The notes under the pieces: model-generated
The model's database searches: none
Told to the model about the DNA's origin: nothing
Seen by the model: the letters and a program-made list of their open reading frames with translations, nothing else
Origin: Acidobacteriota bacterium
Lineage (GTDB): Bacteria; Acidobacteriota; Terriglobia; Bryobacterales; Bryobacteraceae
DNA: 64,000 bases
Assembly (NCBI GenBank): GCA_039931205.1
Contig: JBDTSJ010000095.1
Span: forward strand, 104 to 64,103
Direction of reading: 5' to 3'
In this document: one piece after another, positions 26,288 through 35,461 of the stretch
Layout of the letters: every line of letters starts with the position of its first letter
Position numbering within the stretch: position 1 is the stretch's first letter
Translations under genes and position numbers: made by a program

Positions 26288-28105
26288 TCATGATTTCTGC
26301 TCCTCAATCACCTGTTTCATCTCGTCCGTCAGCGGAACCACGGGCACCCGCTCCAGCTTCGGACGGCCGTCCGCGCCGCGCGACAATTTCAAGTTGAACT
26401 GCCCCCATTCCGCGCTCTTGTCCGGATAATCGTCGCGGAAGTGGCCGCCGCGGCTTTCCTTGCGTTCCAAACCGGACATCGCGATCATCTCGGAAATCGA
26501 CAGCATGTTCTCGAGATCCAGCGCCGTGTGCCAGCCATTGTTGTATTCGATGTTGCCGGTAATCCCGGCCTTTTCCGCACGCTTGCGCAAGGCCGCGATC
26601 TTCTCCAGCGCCTGCTGCATTTCACTTTCCACGCGGACAATGCCCACCAGGTTCTGCATCACATCCTGTAATTCGCTCTGCACTGTGAACGGATTTTCCC
26701 CCGCCGCGCCGCGCTCAAACGGAGCCAGCGACCATTTCGCCGTCTGCTCAATTTCCGCCGGATTCAACTTAGCCGCTCCGTTCTCCTTAGAGAACTTCGC
26801 CGCGTACTCACCCGCTCGTTTGCCGAATACCAGCAAGTCAGAGAGCGAGTTTCCGCCAAGCCGATTCGCCCCGTGCAAGCCCGCCGCGCACTCACCCGCC
26901 GCGAACAATCCCGCTACGCTGGTCATCTGCGAATCCGCATTCACCAAAATCCCACCCATCATGTAATGCGTGGTGGGACCCACTTCCATTGGCTCCTTTG
27001 TGATGTCCAGATCGGCCAACTGCTTGAACTGGTGATACATGCTGGGCAGCTTTTTCTTGATGTGCTCCGGTGCGTTCGGTAGCTTTTCCTTGATCCAGGC
27101 TATGTCCAGGAACACGCCGCCGTGCGGGCTCCCCCGCCCCGCCTTCACTTCACGATTGATACAGCGCGCCACGTGATCGCGCGTCAACAACTCCGGCGGA
27201 CGCCGAGCGCTCTTGTCGCCCATCACGTAACGCCAGCCTTCTTCCGGAGTGTCCGCGGTCTGCGGCTTGTAATTATCCGGTATATCGTCGAACATAAACC
27301 GCTTGCCGTCTTTGTTCTTCAGGACGCCGCCTTCGCCGCGCACACCCTCGGTCACCAGGATGCCCTTCACCGACGGCGGCCAGACCATGCCCGTGGGGTG
27401 GAATTGAACGAACTCCATGTCGAGAAGTTCCGCTCCGATGTTATACGCCAGAGCCTGCCCGTCCGCCGTGTATTCCCAACTATTCGATGTCACGCGGAAA
27501 CTGCGTCCGATACCCCCCGTGGCCAGTACCACAGCCTTCGCATGGAACACCATGAAGCGGCCGCGCTCGCGATCGTAGGCGAATGCGCCGCAGCAGCGAT
27601 TCCCGTCCATCAGCAACTTCACGATGGTGGTTTCCGCGAAAACCTCCATGCCTTGATGGATGCCGTGATCCTGCAAGGTGCGGATCATTTCCAGCCCCGT
27701 GCGATCGCCTACATGCGCCAGTCGCGGATACCGGTGTCCGCCGAAATTGCGCTGGTTGATCTTGCCTTCTTTGGTGCGGTCGAAAATCGCGCCCCAGGCT
27801 TCCAGCTCATTCACACGCGCCGGAGCTTCCTTGGCGTGGTGCAGCGCCATGGTGCAGTTGTTCAGGTACTGCCCGCCACGCATGGTGTCGGCAAAATGAA
27901 CGCGCCAGTTATCGCGGTCATCGACGTTACCCATCGCCGCGGCCATGCCGCCCTCAGCCATCACGGTGTGGGCCTTGCCTAACAGGCTCTTGGTGACAAC
28001 AGCGGTCTTCACGCCAGCGTTGGACGCCTCAATAGCCGCGCGCAGTCCAGCGCCGCCGGCGCCAACCACCAACACATCAAACTCATGAATCGGATAGTCA
28101 GCCAT
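26288..28105 (-). CDS. sdhA: succinate dehydrogenase / fumarate reductase flavoprotein subunit
   Basis: 605 aa with FAD-binding VLVVGAGGAGLRAA. Contains ..HPTG.. and ..ANRLGGNSL... Confidence 0.9.
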   Translation of the reverse strand: MADYPIHEFDVLVVGAGGAGLRAAIEASNAGVKTAVVTKSLLGKAHTVMAEGGMAAAMGNVDDRDNWRVHFADTMRGGQYLNNCTMALHHAKEAPARVNELEAWGAIFDRTKEGKINQRNFGGHRYPRLAHVGDRTGLEMIRTLQDHGIHQGMEVFAETTIVKLLMDGNRCCGAFAYDRERGRFMVFHAKAVVLATGGIGRSFRVTSNSWEYTADGQALAYNIGAELLDMEFVQFHPTGMVWPPSVKGILVTEGVRGEGGVLKNKDGKRFMFDDIPDNYKPQTADTPEEGWRYVMGDKSARRPPELLTRDHVARCINREVKAGRGSPHGGVFLDIAWIKEKLPNAPEHIKKKLPSMYHQFKQLADLDITKEPMEVGPTTHYMMGGILVNADSQMTSVAGLFAAGECAAGLHGANRLGGNSLSDLLVFGKRAGEYAAKFSKENGAAKLNPAEIEQTAKWSLAPFERGAAGENPFTVQSELQDVMQNLVGIVRVESEMQQALEKIAALRKRAEKAGITGNIEYNNGWHTALDLENMLSISEMIAMSGLERKESRGGHFRDDYPDKSAEWGQFNLKLSRGADGRPKLERVPVVPLTDEMKQVIEEQKS

Positions 28106-28108
28106 GGA

Positions 28109-28918
28109 TTAAAGGATCCTCAAATCGGTCCAAATGCCCTGCGCGCACAAGCGAATATAGATGTCGACAAAACCGACGTAGAACATGCTGATCCAAGCCC
28201 ACTTCATGTGGCTTTTATTTAGATGCGATACGCAGTCATAACAGCTCTTGCGCAGGCTCGAATCGCTCATCACATCCTTCCGCCCACCAATCAAATGGCG
28301 CAGGGAATGACAACCGAACGTGTACAAGCCCAGCAGAATCGGATTCGCAATCATGATCAGCGTGCCCAGGCCAATTCCGAATACCTCACCGCCCGCGGCA
28401 ACGGGAAACCACAAGGCTCGCCACGCGTCGTACGACAACAGGGCGATGAAGATGATCGCCAGGTACAGGAAATAGCGGTGAACGTTTTGGAAAATGAGCG
28501 GAAACTTGCGCTCTCCACGATAGTTTTTCCCGCGGAACCCCGGCTCACCCACGGCACACGAAAGCGGATCGGCCCACCAACCCTTGTAATAAGCGCCGCG
28601 ATAGTAATAACACGTGAAACGGAACCCAGCGGGAGCCCACAGAATCAGCATTGCCGCCGAGAACGGAATGAATCCAGGCCACCACGCAGGCGCCGAGGTG
28701 AACAGCAGCGGGGAATACATCGGCGACAAGTAATTGGTATTGGGAACTTCATAGCAGGGCTGGTTCGGCCCGCACATTGGGTTGAAGACCGCATAGTTTG
28801 AATACGCCAGAAACAACGCGTATCCCAGGAAAATCAACAGCGGCTCCACCCACCAGTTGTCCGTACGCCGGGTGGCGCCAAACCGCCCATCTTTTAGCGG
28901 GACGTCAATCGAGGCCAT
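28109..28918 (-). CDS. sdhC: putative single-subunit membrane anchor of succinate dehydrogenase
   Basis: 269-aa polytopic membrane protein immediately upstream of sdhA (3-nt gap). Size and gene order (C-A-B) recall the mycobacterial Sdh1-type operon, from memory. Confidence 0.6.
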   Translation of the reverse strand: MASIDVPLKDGRFGATRRTDNWWVEPLLIFLGYALFLAYSNYAVFNPMCGPNQPCYEVPNTNYLSPMYSPLLFTSAPAWWPGFIPFSAAMLILWAPAGFRFTCYYYRGAYYKGWWADPLSCAVGEPGFRGKNYRGERKFPLIFQNVHRYFLYLAIIFIALLSYDAWRALWFPVAAGGEVFGIGLGTLIMIANPILLGLYTFGCHSLRHLIGGRKDVMSDSSLRKSCYDCVSHLNKSHMKWAWISMFYVGFVDIYIRLCAQGIWTDLRIL

Positions 28919-28927
28919 TTTGCTCCA

Positions 28928-28979
28928 TGCTCCTTAGCGCAAAGCGAATGCGTTTTGCGCATCTGCTCCTTAGCGCAAA
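28928..28979 (-). promoter_or_regulatory. duplicated 16-bp leader element containing a Shine-Dalgarno-like AAGGAG upstream of sdhC
   Basis: TGCTCCTTAGCGCAAA occurs at 28928-28943 and again at 28964-28979 (plus strand). On the coding strand each copy reads TTTGCGCTAAGGAGCA. A GCGCAAA-N10-TTTGCGC hairpin lies between them. Confidence 0.5.
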
Positions 28980-29122
28980 TCCGTCGCCGCGGCGTAGCTC
29001 CGCGCGTCGTGCTTGTGCTCGTTTTCGTGATAACAAGGGGAAAACCCAGGATAGCGCAGCCATACCCGACCAAACAAATCCTATTAGCCGGACCAATTCG
29101 CTAGAATCGATGAGATCGGCAC

Positions 29123-30238
29123 ATGCTGGATCACCTAAAAACCCTGCTACGGATTTATTACCAGCCTGCCCGCGCCTTTGGGGAGACGCTGGATACCGGC
29201 AGCCTCGTCTTTGCCAGCATCGCGGCAGTGGCCGTGAGTCTAGCCCTGCAATCGCTTTCGACTCTGGCCCCGGTTGCCTTTTTGTTCGCCCCCTCCGCCG
29301 TCGTTATCATTGCGTCCTGGGTGGGGCGAGGCAGCATGGGAGTGGCTCTGCAACGAGACTACGCGCCCATGTTGGCGTGCGTCCTGATGGCATGGGCAGC
29401 CGCGAATCTTCCCGTCGCTCCCGTCGCGTGGGCCGCACCCCAGTTTCTGGCGATCGCCCGGATCGTAGGCATTGCCCTCTTCCTATTTCTGTCCGGGTTT
29501 GCCGTACGAGCCGTCGCGGGAGCCTCCGCGGTTCAGTCCGCAGGTACCGTTTTAGGCGCGGCCGCCATCGCCATCGGCGGATACTTCGCCTGGGATCAAT
29601 TGGGCGGCATCCCCTACATGTTTGCTTCGCCCTTTCTGCTGATCTGGCTCTACCCTTTGATTCGATCCTATACGCAAGGCTTCGGCAATAGCCTGCATTC
29701 ACGCCAAAATTTCCGGCGCAATCTGGAAGCCTCCACGCTCAATCCTCGCGACGCCGACGCGCACTATCAGCTGGGCCTCATTTATCAGGAACGCCGCAAT
29801 TACACCGAGGCAATTGCCCGATTCACAAAAGCCGTGGAGATCGACAAATCCGATCCCAGCGCCCATTACCAACTCGGCGTCATCGCCAGAGACCAACGTA
29901 GATTGGACGACGCCCTCGGCCACATCAGCCAGGCGTATTCCCTGGACCCGAAATATAGCTCCAGCGAAGTATTGCGCGATCTGGGCGCAACAAACCTGGA
30001 ACTCGGCAATCCAGAACTCGCCTTGACCCAGCTGGAACCTTACGTCAACCGGCGCGAGTATGATCCACAGGGCCTCTACTGGCTGGGGCGGACCTACAAA
30101 GCGCTCAATCGCCCCGCCGACGCTCGCACCACGTTTGAGCGCGCCATTGAGGCCGCCAAAACCGCGCCCCCGCACCTTCGCAGGCAAACTGCGAAATGGA
30201 ATGGTCTCTCGCGCTCCGAGCTTCGATCATTGAAGTAA
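29123..30238 (+). CDS. membrane protein with multi-TM N-terminal half and C-terminal TPR repeats
   Basis: 371 aa. About five hydrophobic segments are followed by TPR-like repeats (..AHYQLGLIYQERRNYTEAIARFTKAVEIDKSDPSAHYQLGVIA..). Confidence 0.7.
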   Translation: MLDHLKTLLRIYYQPARAFGETLDTGSLVFASIAAVAVSLALQSLSTLAPVAFLFAPSAVVIIASWVGRGSMGVALQRDYAPMLACVLMAWAAANLPVAPVAWAAPQFLAIARIVGIALFLFLSGFAVRAVAGASAVQSAGTVLGAAAIAIGGYFAWDQLGGIPYMFASPFLLIWLYPLIRSYTQGFGNSLHSRQNFRRNLEASTLNPRDADAHYQLGLIYQERRNYTEAIARFTKAVEIDKSDPSAHYQLGVIARDQRRLDDALGHISQAYSLDPKYSSSEVLRDLGATNLELGNPELALTQLEPYVNRREYDPQGLYWLGRTYKALNRPADARTTFERAIEAAKTAPPHLRRQTAKWNGLSRSELRSLK

Positions 30239-32071
30239 CTACTTGGCCCGAGGTTTCGCGATCTCGCTCAAGAGATCCGGCATCGCGGAGTCTCTTTCCA
30301 AGTCGGGGAACCGTTCCCCGGTGTGGCAATCCAGCGCATGAACGCTGTAAAAATCGCCGCTCTTCACGATGAGTTGAATCGCCGCCGCGCCCGTCTTGGC
30401 CTCGCGGATCGCCGCGCGAATGCCAGCCGCCGAATACTGCCGGCCATTCACCGCGATGATCTGCATCTGCGGAGCCAGCTTCGCCCGATCTGCCGGGCTA
30501 TCCTCCATGATGTCCGTGATCACGCCGGTAGCATTCAACGTCCAACCCGCCGAATACAGTTGGTTCACGCCGCCAGCCGCCGTCTCCGACACCCGAAACA
30601 TATCCGTCGCCTGATCGCGATACACCAGCTTCCAACCGCCGCCGGTGATCCCGCCCAGAGGAATCAGCGGAGCCACGTCGTAAACGCGCTTTTGAAAGAA
30701 GCCTCGCCAGTCGTAGGGCTGCACCGCGTTCAGCGCCGCATAAAGCTCCTGGGCCGCATAGGGCTTGAGCTCCGGCTTGCCTCCCGGCCCTCCGAAAAAA
30801 CTCGCGTAGAAAGTATCCAGCGACTTCTGCCCGCGGCTTTCCCGGCGGATCAACACATCGGCCTCCAGCCAGATCAGCGATCCCTCGTCGTAATAATCGG
30901 TCGACCGTCGCAGATGCCGCCAGTCCGCCCGGGCTCCGTTCAAAATCGAAACGGAGGTAGCGGTATCAGCCAGCGGTCGCCAGTCCCGCCCTGTCGTGCT
31001 GGCAAGGTTCGCGGAAAGCATTGCCAGGCGCTGCATCCACTGCTGCGTAGTCCACAACCCGGTGCGAGCGGCGAACAGATCGCCCAGATATCGCGTCATC
31101 CCCTCATAGACCCAAAGCAGTTCGCCGTCCATGGGCTCGTGGAAATCCCCTGTCGCAAGTCCCTCTGGACGCCGGAACTTTCCATTCCACGAATGCGCCA
31201 TCTCATGCCACAGCGTGGACGAGTTCCGCCACAGCGCGTCATCCAGAAAATAGTTCTCGCGCATCTTGTTGTCGCTGGATTCATGATGTTCCAGGCCGCC
31301 CGTGGCCACTTGTTCGCTCAGGGCCAAAAGAAAATGATAACTGCGATAGTGCCGCGATCCGAATGCCGCCCCCGTTTCCTTCACCAGCCTCCGCAGGGTT
31401 TCGATCTTTTCATCCGAGGCATTCAACGCGGCCGCGCTGTCGGCCGCCACGTGCAGATAATGCGCTGGCGACTGTCCAGGCGACAGATCGAATGTCTTGA
31501 AGTACCGCCCCATGATGATGGGTGAATCCACCACCGTGGTCAGCGACGCCGTTTCAAACTCGACCGTCTCACTCGATTCCCTGGCTATGGGCAGCGCCGT
31601 GCCATAACGCCACTCCGCTGGAACCTTGAGCGTCGCCTTGAAATTTACGGCATCGGAAGGCTTCCCAGCCGGGTACATCAGCACCGAATTCCAACTCAAG
31701 GTCGCCAGAAATTGACTGGACCACCCGGCGCTCGGCGGAGCGATGAGGTCAAACGCTACATCCATGCTGGTGACGCCGCTGGGCACAGTCACGTAAATCT
31801 TGTATAGATCCACTGGGTCGCGCCGCCACGTTAGGTCGCGGCCATTCGCGGTCATGCGAATCCACACCACGTCCGCGATGGGCCCGGTTGGCCGATGATT
31901 GCCCGGAATCCACTCCGGATATGTCAGGGCAAGCTCTCCCGGCGTAACGGCCATCGTCATTTTCGCGTGAAACAACCTCCGGGCCGCATCCGAGGCGTCT
32001 ACGGTTAGATTGATAGTTTGCGCGTTCGCGCAGAGGAAAGCAGTCAGGAGGAGGGCGGCAAGACGCAACAT
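30239..32071 (-). CDS. M61-family glycyl aminopeptidase with C-terminal PDZ domain
   Basis: 610 aa with a signal peptide. Zinc motif context is WHEMAHSWNGKFRRP. Confidence 0.75.
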   Translation of the reverse strand: MLRLAALLLTAFLCANAQTINLTVDASDAARRLFHAKMTMAVTPGELALTYPEWIPGNHRPTGPIADVVWIRMTANGRDLTWRRDPVDLYKIYVTVPSGVTSMDVAFDLIAPPSAGWSSQFLATLSWNSVLMYPAGKPSDAVNFKATLKVPAEWRYGTALPIARESSETVEFETASLTTVVDSPIIMGRYFKTFDLSPGQSPAHYLHVAADSAAALNASDEKIETLRRLVKETGAAFGSRHYRSYHFLLALSEQVATGGLEHHESSDNKMRENYFLDDALWRNSSTLWHEMAHSWNGKFRRPEGLATGDFHEPMDGELLWVYEGMTRYLGDLFAARTGLWTTQQWMQRLAMLSANLASTTGRDWRPLADTATSVSILNGARADWRHLRRSTDYYDEGSLIWLEADVLIRRESRGQKSLDTFYASFFGGPGGKPELKPYAAQELYAALNAVQPYDWRGFFQKRVYDVAPLIPLGGITGGGWKLVYRDQATDMFRVSETAAGGVNQLYSAGWTLNATGVITDIMEDSPADRAKLAPQMQIIAVNGRQYSAAGIRAAIREAKTGAAAIQLIVKSGDFYSVHALDCHTGERFPDLERDSAMPDLLSEIAKPRAK

Positions 32072-32099
32072 AATTGCATCCTACACCAGTCCGGAGCCT

Positions 32100-33278
32100 C
32101 TACTTGGCCGACAAATGCACTACGGTCTCGAGGTGATACGTTTGCGGGAAAAGATCCGCTAGCGTCAGCGACTCGATCTTGTATTGCGGCATCGCCGCCA
32201 AATCCCGAGCCAAGGTCGCCGGATCGCACGACACAATCGCGATGCGTGGTGGAGCCAAGCGATTTAAATGCCGCACCACTTCCGGTCCCAACCCCGCGCG
32301 CGGCGGGTCCGCCACCACAAAATCGGGAGTCTCCGTAGCGCTCGCCAGGAAATCTTCCACGCGAGAATAATCCGTGTCGATCGCGGCCCCAGCCCGCTGG
32401 GCATTGAAAGCGAGATCGTGCGCCGCCGCGCCCCCCGCTTCCACGGCGATCACTTTGGTGAACTGTTTCGCCAACGGCAGAGCGAACAAACCAGCTCCCG
32501 CGTATAAGTCGACCGCCGAAGCGCCCGAGAAATCCGCCAATACAATGTCCGTCAGCCGATCGATGAGAAACCGGTTTACCTGGAAGAACGACTTCGGACT
32601 CACGCGAAAATCGCCGTGCGCGGTCGGATACTCAATGGCGACCTGAGATTCCATCCAATCGTAGAAGCGCCGCGCCACCGGGCGCTCCGCGTCGATCACG
32701 TTGATTTGAACGTCTGTCTCATTCGTAAAAACTTCCACTGCGCGAACAAATTTCGGAAAACGCGGATCGCCCAACCGCTCCCGCAATAGCGCCAGCACCT
32801 GATTCATGCGCGGCGAAATCGTGGGGCACTCCCCTTCCACGGGAACCAGAGTGTGGGACCCCGCCGCCAAATACCCGATGCGCCCATTCTCAATATGGAA
32901 TTGCGCGCGATTGCGATAGGCCAGCGCGGGACCACTCACCACACTGATATCGCCCGCAAACTCGATCTTGCCCACACGCCGCAACTGCTCCCGCAATATT
33001 TCGACTTTTCGGGCCAACTGAAACTCATACGAGGCATGCTGATAGTGGCAGCCGCCGCAGCGCGTGAAGATGGGACACGCGGGTTCCACACGGTCCGCCG
33101 AGGGCGTGACAATCGCGGAAAGCTCCGCGTTTACCTTGTCGCGCTTCCCTAATCTGGCAACCTCGCCAGGCAGAACGAAGGGCGTCAGCACCACGCCTTC
33201 TTCCGTGCGAGCAAGTCCACGTCCGCCGTAGACCCACTTTTCGATAGTGACTTCGTTTACGATAAAAGATTCCCCCAC
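32100..33278 (-). CDS. RumA/TrmA-family RNA (uracil-5)-methyltransferase with TRAM domain and Fe-S cysteines
   Basis: 392 aa with a GTG start. Contains CPIFTRCGGCHYQH, the SAM motif VDLYAGAGLFALPLA and ..DPPRAG... Confidence 0.8.
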   Translation of the reverse strand: MGESFIVNEVTIEKWVYGGRGLARTEEGVVLTPFVLPGEVARLGKRDKVNAELSAIVTPSADRVEPACPIFTRCGGCHYQHASYEFQLARKVEILREQLRRVGKIEFAGDISVVSGPALAYRNRAQFHIENGRIGYLAAGSHTLVPVEGECPTISPRMNQVLALLRERLGDPRFPKFVRAVEVFTNETDVQINVIDAERPVARRFYDWMESQVAIEYPTAHGDFRVSPKSFFQVNRFLIDRLTDIVLADFSGASAVDLYAGAGLFALPLAKQFTKVIAVEAGGAAAHDLAFNAQRAGAAIDTDYSRVEDFLASATETPDFVVADPPRAGLGPEVVRHLNRLAPPRIAIVSCDPATLARDLAAMPQYKIESLTLADLFPQTYHLETVVHLSAK

Positions 33279-33280
33279 AT

Positions 33281-34267
33281 ATGAAGAAGCGAGTTCTTTC
33301 TGGCATTCAGCCCACCGGCAGCCCTCACATAGGTAATTACTTGGGAGCGCTCAAGAACTGGGCGAAGATCCAGTATGACTACGATAGCATCTACTGCATC
33401 GTAGACCTGCATGCCATCACCATTTATCAGGATCCCGCCGAGCTACGCGCGAAGATTCTGGAGCTGGCCGGCATGCTGCTGGCCCTCGGCATCGATCCAA
33501 AACATTCGTCCCTGGTAGTTCAATCCAGCGTCCCCGCACACGCCGAGCTCGCCTGGATGCTCACCTGCGTCACTCCCGTCGGCTGGCTGGAACGCATGAC
33601 GCAGTACAAAGCCAAAACCGAGGCCCAGGAATCCATCAGCGATGGCCTGCTGCAGTATCCCGTCCTGATGGCCGCCGACATTCTGGTCTACCAAGCCAAT
33701 ATCGTTCCCGTCGGCGACGACCAAACCCAGCATCTGGAACTCGCGCGCGACATTGCCCAGCGCTTCAATTCCCTTTACGGCGAGACCTTCACCATGCCGG
33801 AAACGCGTCTCCCGGCGGTCGGCGCGCGTATCATGGGCCTGGACGAGCCCGAAAAAAAGATGAGCAAGTCGACCACGGGCGAGGGTCACGCGATTAGCCT
33901 TCTCGACCCGCCTGATAAAATCCGCAAGAAGATTATGCGGGCTACGACGGATTCGAATCCGGCCGTGGATTTAGAGACGATGGGCGCAGGCGTGCGCAAT
34001 CTATTGAGCATCTACCAGGCGTTCAGCGAAGCCTCCGATGAATCGATACGCGCCGACTTCAGCGGCCTGCGCTACGGCGATCTCAAGAAACGCGTCGCCG
34101 AGTCCGTGGTGAATGCACTGGAACCCATCCAACAGCGCTATCGCGAAATCACTTCGGACCCCGGGTACGTCGCGAAAGTTTTAGCCGAGGGTGCGGAACG
34201 CGTCACGCCCGCCGCCCGCGACACACTGGAAAAAGTAAAGCGGGCGATGGGGCTCTACACGCCCTAA
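33281..34267 (+). CDS. trpS: tryptophan--tRNA ligase
   Basis: 328 aa with ..GIQPTGSPHIGNYLGA.. (HIGH-type motif) and KMSKS. Confidence 0.9.
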   Translation: MKKRVLSGIQPTGSPHIGNYLGALKNWAKIQYDYDSIYCIVDLHAITIYQDPAELRAKILELAGMLLALGIDPKHSSLVVQSSVPAHAELAWMLTCVTPVGWLERMTQYKAKTEAQESISDGLLQYPVLMAADILVYQANIVPVGDDQTQHLELARDIAQRFNSLYGETFTMPETRLPAVGARIMGLDEPEKKMSKSTTGEGHAISLLDPPDKIRKKIMRATTDSNPAVDLETMGAGVRNLLSIYQAFSEASDESIRADFSGLRYGDLKKRVAESVVNALEPIQQRYREITSDPGYVAKVLAEGAERVTPAARDTLEKVKRAMGLYTP

Positions 34268-35352
34268 AGCCCGAACCAGCGGACTCCGAACTTCTTCACC
34301 TTCTGCGACCAGGAATCTGCTTGCTCGCCAGGGGCACCCGCGTCGAAGGCCTTTGCGACACCCACGTCCGGCAGCGGAGCCGGCCTTTGGTAAGGCTCCT
34401 TCAAAATCATCTTCACGCGGCCGCCGCGAAAGGCGAAGGTCTTCTTGTAGAGCGCGCCGTCCTTGTTATCTTCCACCACCAGCGAAAAGGCCTCGCCCTC
34501 TTCGCCCGGCGCCTTCACGTTCTCCACCGGATAGTAACCCTTAATACCATGTTCGATATAGGAAGTAACATAGCCCTTGCGCTTGGGGCTCCATACGAAA
34601 ACGCGGAAACTATCGAAGTCGTAGGCCTGCTGCGTCTTCACCGAAGTCGCCCACAGCCAATTCGTTTTCATCTCGTTGGTCTCGGGATCGCGAGCTTCGC
34701 CTAACGGCCGGTACGCCTGGATGTAGTGGCCCTCCGCATACTGCGCCACTTCGTCGGGAACCGACATCAGCACCATTCGCGACAACACCCAGCCGGCTTT
34801 GCCGTCGGGCGTTCGAATCAGGAACCAGTCGTCCAAAGGCCGCGGCGCGTCGGGAGTAGGTGGCGCAGTGCCGCGATCCGACACTCGATGCCCGATCACG
34901 TCGATCTTGTCGCCTTCGCCCAGTTGGACGTAACTGGCCGAGGCGCGGCTGGCGCCCGTATGAACATTGAGCGTGTCGAAGACGGTAGCCGCGCCTTGCG
35001 ATGGAATTTCAGCAGCTCGCGCCGATAGCTTCGCCAGGTCGTCCATCTGCGCCTGCCCCATCAACAACGCGGAATCCGTCCACCCTTCGGCCCCCTGCGC
35101 CGTGCGTACCTTGACGAACTTCCGCTTTGTCTCGATAATTTGCAGGCGTTCGCCATGCTGCACTGTCGCCACGGTGGAGGCCCGCAAGCCCAATTCGTCG
35201 CGCAAATTCAACGACGCGGGAGCCGTATACGCATACCCCAGCACCGGTTGCTTGCCGCCGCCCCAACTGCATCCGCTGAGCAGCGCAAACGCACAAGCGC
35301 AGAGAATCAGCCGATGCCTAATTCGTCCACCTGTTCCAAGGGCGAGCCGCAC
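34264..35352 (-). CDS. lipoprotein with tandem bacterial SH3 domains
   Basis: Lipobox ..LILCACAFALLSGC. Two SH3_3-like units are present (..LNLRDELG..GERLQIIE..FVKVRT..GAEGWTDS.. and ..LNVHTGAS..GDKIDVIG..WFLIRTPDGKAGWV..). There is no in-frame ATG near the signal peptide, so GTG 35352 is proposed. The track ORF extends to 35514. Confidence 0.6.
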   Translation of the reverse strand: MRLALGTGGRIRHRLILCACAFALLSGCSWGGGKQPVLGYAYTAPASLNLRDELGLRASTVATVQHGERLQIIETKRKFVKVRTAQGAEGWTDSALLMGQAQMDDLAKLSARAAEIPSQGAATVFDTLNVHTGASRASASYVQLGEGDKIDVIGHRVSDRGTAPPTPDAPRPLDDWFLIRTPDGKAGWVLSRMVLMSVPDEVAQYAEGHYIQAYRPLGEARDPETNEMKTNWLWATSVKTQQAYDFDSFRVFVWSPKRKGYVTSYIEHGIKGYYPVENVKAPGEEGEAFSLVVEDNKDGALYKKTFAFRGGRVKMILKEPYQRPAPLPDVGVAKAFDAGAPGEQADSWSQKVKKFGVRWFGL

Positions 35353-35450
35353 TTTCGGCAAATCACGGCCGTGCAATCCCCGCACACCAGGGGATCTTCC
35401 ACAGGCCTCTGGCACTGTGGACAATAGAAGTCGGTTGCTTTTGTGTCCAT
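35307..35450 (-). CDS. candidate 47-aa zinc-ribbon protein (below track cutoff)
   Basis: MDTKATDFYCPQCQRPVEDPLVCGDCTAVICRKCGSPLEQVDELGIG has four CxxC-type pairs. Its ATG is 11 nt after the stop of the upstream SGNH gene. Its 3' end overlaps the proposed lipoprotein start in another frame. Confidence 0.45.
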   Translation of the reverse strand: MDTKATDFYCPQCQRPVEDPLVCGDCTAVICRKCGSPLEQVDELGIG

Positions 35451-35461
35451 CGGATAGCACT

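Noticed and set aside
26206-26307. N-terminal extension of sdhB overlapping the sdhA end
   Set aside because: The extension has no similarity to Fe-S subunits. ATG 26205 is preceded by GAAGGAG and gives the usual MS..F.I.R start.
27122-27982. 286-aa ORF antisense to sdhA
   Set aside because: Shadow ORF inside a highly conserved flavoprotein gene.
30323-31525. 400-aa ORF antisense to the M61 peptidase gene
   Set aside because: Shadow ORF with an Arg/Pro/His-rich translation. The opposite strand carries the HEMAHSWNGK zinc motif.
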